From NCBI GenBank assembly GCA_044228525.1, contig JBGAUQ010000002.1, forward strand, positions 168,367-232,366: a stretch of 64,000 nucleotides of DNA, given 5' to 3'. This DNA comes from Candidatus Saccharimonadales bacterium (GTDB taxonomy: Bacteria; Patescibacteriota; Saccharimonadia; Saccharimonadales; UBA4665). Shown in pieces: positions 25,846-35,111 of this stretch (positions are counted from its first letter, which is position 1; the number at the start of each line of letters is the position of its first letter). Position numbers and translations under genes: made by a program. The notes under the pieces were generated by a model. That model was not told where the DNA came from, made no database searches, and saw only the letters and a program-made list of their open reading frames with translations.

Positions 25846-28800
25846 ATGAATATATCTCGTAATTATACTTGTCCAAAAGGGATCATCCGGAAATGCTTCA
25901 GCCAGCGTTTTGTGTTTGCTTTGCTTGCTTTGCTAATGGCGTGTAACGTCGTATTGCCCGCAGCATATGCCGTACAGGCTGATGGTCCATTGCCGGAATC
26001 TGAAAAAAAGGCACTCGACAATTTCACGCACTGGGTAGGTGTTTGTGGCAGCGACATTTCAGTTGGGGACGCAATCACGGAAGCCGCTAGCATTACACCA
26101 GGTCCGATATATATAATGGGCGACTCAATAACAAATTCGGCTAAAAACTCATACAAAAATAAGTTTAAAAGTCCCTGGAAGCCTACAGTGGAAGGGCTTG
26201 ATAGTCGCCAGATCACAGGATCAAGACCCAGTCCTAGCGGGATTGGTCAAATCCAAAAAGACAAAACCAAGATTGGCGAGGCATCCGCAATCGTTATAGC
26301 TCTCGGCACGAACGGCGTGACTAACCCGGCAGCTACGACAACAGCGCAAGTCAAACAATTTATGGAAAAACTGAAGCCTCTTAACAAAAAAAATGCTCCT
26401 GTGTTTTGGGTAAACGTCATCGACAGCAAGCGCGATGCGGCATCCAAAACAACCAACAAGGCGATTGAGGAGGCCGTAGGCAATGACGCTACGATTATCG
26501 ACTGGTACACTGCCGCTAAGTCAGGCGCGAGCTTGAGCTCATTTGAGTCTGGCATACATCCGACAAAGCAAGAAGATATTTATCTATTGGTGAACACTGT
26601 TTATGAAGCAGTTTCCCAGGCAGCGCCTCCGACAACTGCCGCTGCCGCGAGCCCAGCCACTCCAACTAACGGCCCTGTTAGCACCACCAAACCAACGCCG
26701 AGCACAAACATTAAAGTCGGCGATGCCTTTAAAGGCACAGCGTCTAATTATGGTTGGGACCCTGTTACCAAATACGTAGATCCCAATGACGCGAATGATC
26801 CGGCTTCCGGCATAAGTAATGATAATCCTGGCATTGCCGTATATAACCGCGGCACTCTCAAAGGCTATTGGCTAGTTACAACCGAGGATGGCAAGAGCGC
26901 TATATTACAGCAGACTGACGTAGGGCCTGGCAGCGTAAACGCCTTTATTGATATCAATACCGTAGCCGTTCGATCAGTTTTTGGTATGGAACAAGGAAAC
27001 TCATTTCTAAAGAAGAATTGGACCTTTAAGTATCTCGGCAAAGATAAGCCAGCCGGCGCAATCACTACCGATTCTGGTAAGAAGGAAGATCGAACATCTG
27101 CAAATCCAGAATCCGCTGCTGCTGCCCCAGCACAAACAGCCCAGTTATGCTGCCCGACTTCAACAGAGAACGGTGACGCCGCCCTCGTCGGAGGAGATAA
27201 ACCTGAAAAAGTTTACAACTTTTTTGTAGGTAAGGGGCTTAAGCCTTACCAGGCAGCCGGAATCATGGGTAATATTCAGCACGAATCTGGTTTTGAGCCA
27301 AAAAAGATTGAAGGCGGTAAGCTCAGCGAAGATCCGGCGGATGCTGGGACTGGTGGATACGGTATTGTTCAGTTCACCGCCGGTAACGGCGAGCAGTCAA
27401 AAACCAAGGTAGACGGCATAATTGAAGCAGCTGGCATCACAGGCGCGCCGCATGAGCTTCAAACACAGCTTGAAATGATCTGGGCGCAATTGGAAGGCAA
27501 GGCCGGTAAATGGTCCGAGGAACAGGCAGGCAAAGACATAAAGGCGAGTAAAAACGTCGAGGACGCGACTCGGGCCTGGCAAGGCGATAACCGGGCAGGC
27601 GGTAGCTACATTGGATACGAGCGTCCCGCATCTCAGACAGGAAGCCTGCAAAAGAGAATAAAAGCCGCTAGGGGTTACCTAACTAAGTATGGCAGTGGCG
27701 GCAGTCCGGCGGCAGACGCGGCCGCCAACGACCCCAATGCCCCCGAGCCATCGCCCTCCATACAAGGGTCAGACGCATCGGTTGTTTGCTGTCCACCTGA
27801 AGGCAGCCTCGGGACAGGCGAACCCGTCGAAGACGGCTCACCCGCTGATTGGAAAAAAATGTATACTGGCGCCAACAAGGCCAAAGTCGACCGTATGGCC
27901 CGTGGCAAAATTACTCCAAATACCTTGGTAATTCACTATACAGTTGGCTCACAAGAAGGACAGGCCTTACTAGACTTTTTCACGTCTGGCGGTAGAGTAA
28001 CCGGTATTCAGTTTAATGTTGGCAAGGACGGACAAGTCTACCAGTATTACCCCTTAAATGATATGCAAAAGGTTAATCACGTTGGCAACGCCAACGCTAA
28101 GTCGATCGGCATCGAAATTACCGGTATGGATGTAACTGAAATTATTAATAACGAGAAGCAGTTCCAGGCTGTTGCCGCATTGTCTAAGTTCCTTTGCGAC
28201 AAATATCAAATTCCTTGCTCACAGCCTAAGGGCGACATTACTGGTGACGGTATCGAAGGCATGCAAGGCATGATAGGTCACGACGAGACACCGACTAATG
28301 ACCACACTGACCCAGACGCCACAAAGGCAGAAGCAACAAAAGGCATAGACCGAACCGATTCGAGCAAGCACCCCTACATGAAGAAGCTTCGTACCGCGCT
28401 GGGCTTTGATCCTACTCCAGGCAAACAAGGCGGTGGCGCAAGTGAAGCCGCAGTAACCGACCCATCAACAAATGGTCAGTGCGCCGGAAACGATTCCGCA
28501 AGCGGCACGGGCACAAAAGAAAATCCTGTAGGTGAAGGCCCAAATAAATCGCTGGCACTGGAAGCCGTTAAGTATGACACTAAAGCGAATGACAATAAGT
28601 ACACCTATAAAATGGGTGGGCTCCATGGACCACTGTCTCAGCTAAAAGCTTTCGCACAGAATGGCGGTGAAGCCGACTGTAGTGGTTTTGTAAGATACGT
28701 TATCTGGAAGGTTTATGGCCATGATGTCGGTAGTTTTGTTACCCAAGACTTACCTGGAAACAAGAACTTCCGGGAAGTCGCAGCAGCGGACGTAGCAGCT

Positions 28801-28980
28801 GGCGACATTGGGTGGAGAAGCGAACACGTTGATTTTATTACCGAGAATAAGGGTGGAGGTAAGCTCCACCAGTTCGGCGCCCACTCTACAGCTAACGACC
28901 TTTATGGCGGGGACATACCAGCCAGTGGCTACACTAAGTATTACCGCTATGTCGGCCCTAAGGGTGGAGGAGGTCAGTAG
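25846..28980 (+). CDS. five-domain secreted/anchored peptidoglycan hydrolase (SGNH esterase, RlpA-like DPBB, phage-tail-lysozyme-like, Amidase_2, NlpC/P60)
   Basis: Signal anchor, then five modules. (1) 'IYIMGDSITNS', 'ALGTNG' and 'GIHPT' give SGNH blocks I/III/V. (2) 'GTASNYGWDP...QQTDVGPG...IDIN' is RlpA-like DPBB. (3) 'YQAAGIMGNIQHESGFEP...GYGIVQFT' is lysozyme-like. (4) 'LVIHYTVG', 'NHVGNANAKSIGIEITG' and 'GHDET..DHTDP' indicate a MurNAc-L-Ala amidase. (5) 'YKMGG...ADCSGFVRYVIW...GDIGWRSEHVDFI' is NlpC/P60. Confidence 0.8.
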   Translation: MNISRNYTCPKGIIRKCFSQRFVFALLALLMACNVVLPAAYAVQADGPLPESEKKALDNFTHWVGVCGSDISVGDAITEAASITPGPIYIMGDSITNSAKNSYKNKFKSPWKPTVEGLDSRQITGSRPSPSGIGQIQKDKTKIGEASAIVIALGTNGVTNPAATTTAQVKQFMEKLKPLNKKNAPVFWVNVIDSKRDAASKTTNKAIEEAVGNDATIIDWYTAAKSGASLSSFESGIHPTKQEDIYLLVNTVYEAVSQAAPPTTAAAASPATPTNGPVSTTKPTPSTNIKVGDAFKGTASNYGWDPVTKYVDPNDANDPASGISNDNPGIAVYNRGTLKGYWLVTTEDGKSAILQQTDVGPGSVNAFIDINTVAVRSVFGMEQGNSFLKKNWTFKYLGKDKPAGAITTDSGKKEDRTSANPESAAAAPAQTAQLCCPTSTENGDAALVGGDKPEKVYNFFVGKGLKPYQAAGIMGNIQHESGFEPKKIEGGKLSEDPADAGTGGYGIVQFTAGNGEQSKTKVDGIIEAAGITGAPHELQTQLEMIWAQLEGKAGKWSEEQAGKDIKASKNVEDATRAWQGDNRAGGSYIGYERPASQTGSLQKRIKAARGYLTKYGSGGSPAADAAANDPNAPEPSPSIQGSDASVVCCPPEGSLGTGEPVEDGSPADWKKMYTGANKAKVDRMARGKITPNTLVIHYTVGSQEGQALLDFFTSGGRVTGIQFNVGKDGQVYQYYPLNDMQKVNHVGNANAKSIGIEITGMDVTEIINNEKQFQAVAALSKFLCDKYQIPCSQPKGDITGDGIEGMQGMIGHDETPTNDHTDPDATKAEATKGIDRTDSSKHPYMKKLRTALGFDPTPGKQGGGASEAAVTDPSTNGQCAGNDSASGTGTKENPVGEGPNKSLALEAVKYDTKANDNKYTYKMGGLHGPLSQLKAFAQNGGEADCSGFVRYVIWKVYGHDVGSFVTQDLPGNKNFREVAAADVAAGDIGWRSEHVDFITENKGGGKLHQFGAHSTANDLYGGDIPASGYTKYYRYVGPKGGGGQ

Positions 28981-28982
28981 CT

Positions 28983-29564
28983 ATGAGGATAAACAAGAAG
29001 CTACTTCTCGTAATATTTATTGTATTTGTATTTATAGGCGCCGGCTTATATTTACAAAAAAATACCGGTTCCAATAAAAGAGTTCTGACCGTCAATTCTA
29101 CTACTACGCCACTAACGCTTGAGCTAAATGACAGCACATATGTTATTGACGAAGATGGCCAGGAGATCTCGCTTGAACCTGGTATGTACTACTATAGAAC
29201 TAGCACTAAAATCGACGGTAAGCGTGTAGTTTTGGAGAATAAAATTGATCTCACTGACGAAAAGTCTGCTGAACTGAATTTAGATTTTTCGATATATGAC
29301 AACAAGTCTATTTCTGATGCTATTTGTAATAATTACGCTGAAGCGAAATGTCCGTTTCCGCCATCGAGCCTTAAAGTTACATACGTTGAAAAATATCAAT
29401 GGGCGGTGGTATTTATTGAAAGCCCTCAGCTCGGTGCATCTAAAGCAGTTCTCAACGTTGACCCATATACAGGTGGCTGGATTGTTGCCGGCGGACCAGA
29501 CACCGACCCAACATCAGGCTACTTCCCTGATTCCGTTGAAAGGGCATTAAACAATGCGCAATAA
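28983..29564 (+). CDS. bitopic membrane protein, unknown function (T4SS operon)
   Basis: N-terminal TM (LLLVIFIVFVFIGAGLYL) and a ~165-aa ectodomain. The start lies 2 nt after the hydrolase stop. Confidence 0.45.
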   Translation: MRINKKLLLVIFIVFVFIGAGLYLQKNTGSNKRVLTVNSTTTPLTLELNDSTYVIDEDGQEISLEPGMYYYRTSTKIDGKRVVLENKIDLTDEKSAELNLDFSIYDNKSISDAICNNYAEAKCPFPPSSLKVTYVEKYQWAVVFIESPQLGASKAVLNVDPYTGGWIVAGGPDTDPTSGYFPDSVERALNNAQ

Positions 29565-30897
29565 GAAAACCTTACTTATCCTTGCCGCGTTGTTGGCTAT
29601 CGGAGCGGCTGGATATTACCTTTACTCACACGCTAAGCCAACTAGGGAATACGGTAAGCTCAGTTCAAATCTTCAAAACTCGTATGTAATGAATGACTCG
29701 ATATACTTCTATACTGGGTCCTTTTTTGCCAAATATAACACCAATAACACTGTAACGAGGGTGAGTGATTATTTATATATTGCTAGTGGTATAAATAATG
29801 TTAGCTGGAAGCCCGATGCGGTTTTATTCCAAACAAATCCGCTTCCGCAAGATCGAGATGACATCACTACGGCGGCAAGCGGCTTAGGCTCACAACAATA
29901 CTCGCCTCAGTGGTGGAAATACAGCTTTAAAGACAAACAATATCAGCTGCTTAGCTTCGGCAATATTAGTGGCTGTAAGCTTGTAGCGCAGATAAATGAC
30001 ACTGAGCTCGCCTGTAGTAAAGAGCAAGAACCCGGCAGCAGCGCGACAGACCTATATCTATATGATCTATCGAGCAAAACTTCAAAAAAACTACTTAGCA
30101 GCGATAACCCAATCGATCAGTTGTCGGGTAGCGATAAAACCATTTATTACACCGAAACAAGACTGAGTGGAAAGCAGTCGCTGAAAGCAATTAGCACAAA
30201 ATCATCATCATCCCGACTATTGTATGAGGGGGCAGGTAATATCACATATGCTGTAGCGCCAAATAACGAGGTCCTTGTTAGTGATGCGCTCGGGTCTAAC
30301 GCGTCAGGCAAAACAACCAAAGATGACATATCTCATTCCGAAGAATCCAGTCCTGTAGCTAGCACACAAAAAATTGTATTAATAAATGGCGGTGAAGCCG
30401 TTGTCGAAAAGCAGTTCAAAAGCTTGCCGGTAACGGTTTTTGTGGGCAGTGCAGGGCAGCTAATGTATTCATCGCTAGACGGATCTGTAAATGCCGTTAC
30501 AGAGGACGGTATTGAAACTCTCGATAAAGCCACAAAAAATCAGCTTGAGACTGGCGATACATTGTATAAGCTAAACGAGCGGCTGTACCTAATAAATAAT
30601 AGAAATGAGTTGCTTACGTCACCAGACGATATCAACACAAGTCATCGTAGCCCGGGAAGTTTTGACGGTGTAAAAGACAATGATGACCGTAGCGACTCTT
30701 GGATAGATGACACAGACATGAATTCTCCTGGGGGTTATTTGTATTCAAATAGCGTGCCTTCGTCATTACAGCAATTAGAAATCGATAAGTGGTTGATTAA
30801 ACGCGGTTTTTGGCCATCGGAATTTAGCTTTACTTGGGTAGTAGACGGTGTGGATTTCAATGCGCCCGTCAGACCAAACTACGTAATTATCCAGTAG
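29554..30897 (+). CDS. bitopic membrane protein, possible beta-propeller ectodomain (T4SS operon)
   Basis: N-terminal TM (LLILAALLAIGAAGYYL). Repetitive beta-rich segments such as 'IYYTETRLSGKQSLKAIS' and 'ITYAVAPNNEVLVSD' recall TolB-like propellers. It overlaps the previous gene by 11 nt. Confidence 0.4.
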   Translation: MRNKKTLLILAALLAIGAAGYYLYSHAKPTREYGKLSSNLQNSYVMNDSIYFYTGSFFAKYNTNNTVTRVSDYLYIASGINNVSWKPDAVLFQTNPLPQDRDDITTAASGLGSQQYSPQWWKYSFKDKQYQLLSFGNISGCKLVAQINDTELACSKEQEPGSSATDLYLYDLSSKTSKKLLSSDNPIDQLSGSDKTIYYTETRLSGKQSLKAISTKSSSSRLLYEGAGNITYAVAPNNEVLVSDALGSNASGKTTKDDISHSEESSPVASTQKIVLINGGEAVVEKQFKSLPVTVFVGSAGQLMYSSLDGSVNAVTEDGIETLDKATKNQLETGDTLYKLNERLYLINNRNELLTSPDDINTSHRSPGSFDGVKDNDDRSDSWIDDTDMNSPGGYLYSNSVPSSLQQLEIDKWLIKRGFWPSEFSFTWVVDGVDFNAPVRPNYVIIQ

Positions 30898-31950
30898 TTA
30901 GCTTAGGGCTATGACGTTGCAGGCCTTGGTGAAGTTTTTGACTACGAGGTCGGCGTCGGTGGTGGTGATAAATGTTTGGTAGGGCGCTAGGTAGTCAGTC
31001 AGGGCGTGGCGACGCCGACCGTCCAGCTCGCTAAATACGTCATCCAGTAGCAGTAGGGGCGTCTGGGCGCGGGCGGCCTCGATGATTTTGAGCTCGATTA
31101 TTTTTAAAGCCAGGACGGCTGTGCGAGCCTCGCCGCGCGAGGCGGTCTGCTGGGCCGCCCGCCCGTCAAACAACACCTCTAAATCTTCTCTGTGTGGACC
31201 TACTGAAGTAAAACCCCGAAGTCTGTCATCAGCAAAACTAGTCTCCAGTTTTTTTAGCATTTGGCTTTCATAGCTTTCAACTGGCCACCGATTTTGGTAA
31301 TTTACTGTTACCTTCGTTTTTGTCCCTGATATTTCTTTATATAGCTTGGTAATTTCTTTGTTAATTTCTTGGGTTAAAGCCGCCCGGGCTCTGATTATCT
31401 GACCGGCCAATTGACTCAGGCGCACGTCCCACGGGAAAACCTGTCCTTGCGAACTAGTATGCGATTGTTTTAGTAGACTATTTCTTTGAGCTAATGCTCG
31501 TCGGTACTGCCGCCGGATATTGCCATACCCGCCCGTTGTTTGCTCTATTAGGTCGTCTAGGTAGTCGCGGCGACGTTCCGGGCTACCACCTAGCAACTGC
31601 AGATGGTTTGGCTCAAACAAGACCACGGGTAGGCTGTGTTGAAGGCTCAGGCGTTTAAAGCTTTTTCCTTCTATTTCGTACGTCTTTGCAGCCGGTTCGG
31701 TGACAATTTTAACTGTTCTTTTACCGCCAGTAGATAGGTCGGCGTCAATTCTAGCCCAGGGCTTAGTGAACTTTACCAACTCAGCATCTTTAACTCTATA
31801 GGATTGCCCTCTAGCCAAAACTAGAACAGCTTCTAGGAGATTGGTTTTACCGCTGGCATTTGGCCCTACGACTATATTTACACCTTGGCTCAGTTCGAAT
31901 GAGCCATCTTTATACGAACGAAAGTTCTGCAGGCGCAGATCGGTAATCAT
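30898..31950 (-). CDS. recF: DNA replication/repair protein RecF
   Basis: 'ITDLRLQNFRSY' and the P-loop 'VVGPNASGKTNLLEA', plus a C-terminal 'LLLLDDVFSELD'. Synteny is dnaA-dnaN-recF. Confidence 0.9.
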   Translation of the reverse strand: MITDLRLQNFRSYKDGSFELSQGVNIVVGPNASGKTNLLEAVLVLARGQSYRVKDAELVKFTKPWARIDADLSTGGKRTVKIVTEPAAKTYEIEGKSFKRLSLQHSLPVVLFEPNHLQLLGGSPERRRDYLDDLIEQTTGGYGNIRRQYRRALAQRNSLLKQSHTSSQGQVFPWDVRLSQLAGQIIRARAALTQEINKEITKLYKEISGTKTKVTVNYQNRWPVESYESQMLKKLETSFADDRLRGFTSVGPHREDLEVLFDGRAAQQTASRGEARTAVLALKIIELKIIEAARAQTPLLLLDDVFSELDGRRRHALTDYLAPYQTFITTTDADLVVKNFTKACNVIALS

Positions 31951-31959
31951 TTATCTATT

Positions 31960-33051
31960 TTAACTCTTCAAGGGCATGATAATGTGCCTGTAATCTGGAT
32001 CGTCAGGGCTATACAAAAGTGTCGGTTCAAGCTTTCCGTTAAAACCAAAGATGACATTTTCTCCTGTAACTACGTTTAAAGCGTCTAGCAGGTACCTTGA
32101 ATTAATAGTTATACTACCGCTATCTGTAATCTTCGCTGGCGCAGTGGCTGTATTCTCACCAAGCTGAGATGCTACAGAGCGAATACTTAGTTGTTTTGAT
32201 TCCTTATCGAGCTCTATAGTCACACTACCGGCACTTTCTCGAGCGAATAAACTCGATACTTTGGTTACGTTAACTAGGTCGGCTTTCTTAAGAGTTGCTT
32301 GGGTTTTAAAGGTGGTAGGAATTAGTTTTTTGTAGTCAGGGTATTTACCGTCAACAAGTCTGGTAACTAGTTCGATATCGCCAATTTTAAACATGGCTTG
32401 TTGCTCATTGTGTGAAATTTTTACTTCTTCGTCATCATCACCGACTACTCTCAATAAGTCCTGCATGGCTGAGGCTGGGATCAGTAGGTCAATTTCATTC
32501 TTGTTGGCCCCAAGAGACTTTTCGGCTAATCGGTAGCTGTCTGTCGCCGCCATGTTTAACTTACCTTCTTGGGTTTGTAATAATACTCCTGTCAAAACAG
32601 GTCGTGTTTCATCTGATGAAGCCGCAAATACAACTTGCTGTAGGGATTTTTTAAATATATCACCCTTGATTGACCAGTTTTTACCACCGCTGATTGCTGG
32701 CATAGCAGGGAAGTCGTCAGCAATAATGCCGTTGACGACAGATTTATACTGGTCTGTGTTGACGTGGAGTTTCGTTTCTTGAAGATCTAATTCAATAACA
32801 CCGTCTGGTAAGCTGCTGACAAAATCCTGCATCAAGCGAGCTGGCACTGTTATTGAGCCTTCTTCGCTTACTTTAGCACCGATGTAATGTGTTATTGCAA
32901 TATCGAGGTTGGTAGCCGAAATACTTAGGCGATTATTGCTGGTTTTGATTAAAACATTGGCTAGTATCGGGAGTGTACTTCTGGTATTCGCAACTCTTGC
33001 GACGGCAGCCAAGGCACGGTTAAGGTTTTCTTGAGTTACCTGAAGCTTCAT
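31960..33051 (-). CDS. dnaN: DNA polymerase III beta sliding clamp
   Basis: 363 aa. The N-terminus 'MKLQVTQENLNRALAAVARVANTRSTLPILANVLI' is typical of DnaN. It lies between dnaA and recF. Confidence 0.9.
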   Translation of the reverse strand: MKLQVTQENLNRALAAVARVANTRSTLPILANVLIKTSNNRLSISATNLDIAITHYIGAKVSEEGSITVPARLMQDFVSSLPDGVIELDLQETKLHVNTDQYKSVVNGIIADDFPAMPAISGGKNWSIKGDIFKKSLQQVVFAASSDETRPVLTGVLLQTQEGKLNMAATDSYRLAEKSLGANKNEIDLLIPASAMQDLLRVVGDDDEEVKISHNEQQAMFKIGDIELVTRLVDGKYPDYKKLIPTTFKTQATLKKADLVNVTKVSSLFARESAGSVTIELDKESKQLSIRSVASQLGENTATAPAKITDSGSITINSRYLLDALNVVTGENVIFGFNGKLEPTLLYSPDDPDYRHIIMPLKS

Positions 33052-33330
33052 ACGGACCTCCTGTTACTAATAACAAAGTTATTTATATTAATTAGTTGTA
33101 GTTTGTTGTAGGTGGTGTGGATTGTGGGTATAAGTAAACTATTAACAGATATAAAAAACCTAAAACCTAGGTGTATAACCCGCTGGTAAAAGTCTTGTAT
33201 AAACTTGTATAAACCCCCATTTTTATAAACAGCCATAAAACCGGTATTTTTTACAGCTGAGAATAAGCCCCGCAAAACCCCACAAATACTAAACAGCTTT
33301 CCCACAGGTTGTACTACTAAAATAACTGGC
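33052..33330. promoter_or_regulatory. dnaA-dnaN intergenic region: AT-rich tract, DnaA-box-like sites, tandem 10-mer (candidate oriC half / DUE)
   Basis: The spacer is 279 nt, unusually long for this genome. It holds an AT-rich run at 33075-33110. TGTGGATTG (33116-33124) and TTTCCCACA (33298-33306) resemble the TTATCCACA box. CTTGTATAAA is repeated in tandem at 33194-33213. Confidence 0.4.
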
Positions 33331-34710
33331 TTAAGCATATAAATGATCCCTAATTTCTGTGATTGCCATGCGCAAACTAGCGTCTGTGCGAGCTTCTTTA
33401 TTGATCTTTTCGACTGAATGAATGGCGGTTGTATGGTCTTTGCGGCCAAGTTCGCGGGCAATTTTAGGGAAGCTTAGCTTCAGCTCGTTACGCAGCATAT
33501 ACATAGCGACCTGGCGCGGCACCACTATGTCTTTGTCTCGTTTTGGTCCAACAATATCTTCGACCGGAATCTGGAAATGTCGAGCCGTGCGTTCGATAAT
33601 TTGCTTAGCGCTGAGGTGCTTAGGACGGGTCTTACTTACGTTTAATAGGCTTGAAGCGATGCTTAAGGTTGGCTCTAGGCCGCGCATTTCACAGAAGGCC
33701 AACAACTGGTTTAAAGCGCCTTCTAGCTCTCTAATATTTGTCTGTATATTAGTGGCTAGATATTCGACAACTTCGTGGTCGAGTTCGCTGTCGTGGTTTT
33801 GAGCTTTGGTTTGGATGATGGCGCAGCGGGTTTCAAAATCAGGTATTTGCATATCAATGCTCATTCCCCCGGCGAAGCGCGACTTAAGTCGATCCTCAAG
33901 GCTATCAATATCTCGTGGAGGCCGATCAGAGCTTAGAATGATCTGCCGGTTACCTTGGTGCAAGGTGTTAAAAGTATGGAAGAATTCTTCTTGCATTTTA
34001 TCTTTGCCAGCAATGAATTGGACATCGTCAACTATCAGAACGTCAGCTGATCGATAATATTTTGCAAAAGCAGCCGTTGTGCGATTTCGGAGGGCTTGGA
34101 CGAATTCCTGCACAAACTGCTCAGTGGCAATATATAGAACTTTAGCGTTGGGGTCTCGGGCTTGCAGGGCGTTCCCAAGAGCTTGAATCAGGTGAGTCTT
34201 GCCGATACCAACACCGCCATATAAATGAAGTGGGTTGTATTTTGTGCCTGGTTTTTGCGAAATGGCTTGGCAAGCCGCGAAAGCTAGTTCGTTGCCGTCC
34301 CCAACCACAAAATTATCAAAGGTATAGCGTTCATTTAGAGCTTGTCGGAAGTTTTTTGGTCCGGCAGAGACTCTTGGTGCCTCTGGCTGACTGATGCTGG
34401 AGTGAGTCTGTTGATTAGAAGAGGGTTCAGCCGGGGGGCTAACAGTGCGCTGGTTCATGGCGCTAGCCGGCAGCATTTTATATTCGATTTCTTCGACGTC
34501 TACTCCCTGTTTATTAAGGGTGGATGTTATAAGAGGGCCGTATTTTTTTTCGAGTGTTTGTTTAACAAAAGGATTAGTAACGCCAATAACAATCTTGCCT
34601 TCGTCTTGCTTCAAAAGACGAGTGTTTTTAAACCAAGTCACGAAGTTACCCTGCGATAATGTAACTTCCAGTTCCCCCAAAACCGCCTGCCAGACAGTAT
34701 CTTCCTGCAC
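33331..34710 (-). CDS. dnaA: chromosomal replication initiator DnaA
   Basis: AAA+ 'LHLYGGVGIGKTHL' and 'VLIVDDVQF', plus C-terminal domain IV 'RQVAMYMLRNELKLSFPKIARELGRKDHTTAIHSVEKI'. I prefer the GTG at 34710 because AGGAGG lies 4 nt upstream. The listed ORF starts at a TTG at 34746. Confidence 0.95.
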   Translation of the reverse strand: MQEDTVWQAVLGELEVTLSQGNFVTWFKNTRLLKQDEGKIVIGVTNPFVKQTLEKKYGPLITSTLNKQGVDVEEIEYKMLPASAMNQRTVSPPAEPSSNQQTHSSISQPEAPRVSAGPKNFRQALNERYTFDNFVVGDGNELAFAACQAISQKPGTKYNPLHLYGGVGIGKTHLIQALGNALQARDPNAKVLYIATEQFVQEFVQALRNRTTAAFAKYYRSADVLIVDDVQFIAGKDKMQEEFFHTFNTLHQGNRQIILSSDRPPRDIDSLEDRLKSRFAGGMSIDMQIPDFETRCAIIQTKAQNHDSELDHEVVEYLATNIQTNIRELEGALNQLLAFCEMRGLEPTLSIASSLLNVSKTRPKHLSAKQIIERTARHFQIPVEDIVGPKRDKDIVVPRQVAMYMLRNELKLSFPKIARELGRKDHTTAIHSVEKINKEARTDASLRMAITEIRDHLYA

Positions 34711-34746
34711 TTGTCCTCCTACTCGTAGCAAGTAACTATAAACCAA

Positions 34747-34900
34747 GCCGAGCTAGTTTTCCACACCTTTTTAAGTGTCAATAGGCATATTTACCTCGCC
34801 GAAATTAATTATTTGTGAACTGAGGCAGGTTTGTACACACCTTTAGCTGTCATCTGTGGAATCTGTGGACAATAGCTCAACTTAGGTGGATAAACCAATC
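34747..34900. promoter_or_regulatory. DnaA-box cluster upstream of dnaA (candidate oriC / dnaA autoregulation)
   Basis: TTTTCCACA (34757-34765) is on one strand. TGTGGAATC (34855-34863), TGTGGACAA (34864-34872) and GGTGGATAA (34885-34893) are on the other. All are within 1-2 mismatches of TTATCCACA/TGTGGATAA. Confidence 0.55.
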
Positions 34901-35111
34901 GGATCAGTGACTAAAAGTTGTCAAAAACACGTCGTCAGTCAATTTCACACCATGTAGGGAGTCTGGCAAAGAGACCGCAAACATTTCCATCATCCTTACT
35001 CCCCGGCAAGACATACACAATGTACCCTCTTCGGGGGGTCAACCTGTATGCGCGCCCAGACGGAGACACTAAATTCTTGGCGAAAAATTTTCGTTTGTCG
35101 TTGTTGAGGCT

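Noticed and set aside
33048-33461. 137-aa minus-strand ORF spanning the dnaA 3' end and the dnaA-dnaN spacer
   Set aside because: It overlaps the conserved DnaA domain IV coding region out of frame and runs through the AT-rich origin-like spacer. It has no RBS and a junk-like translation.
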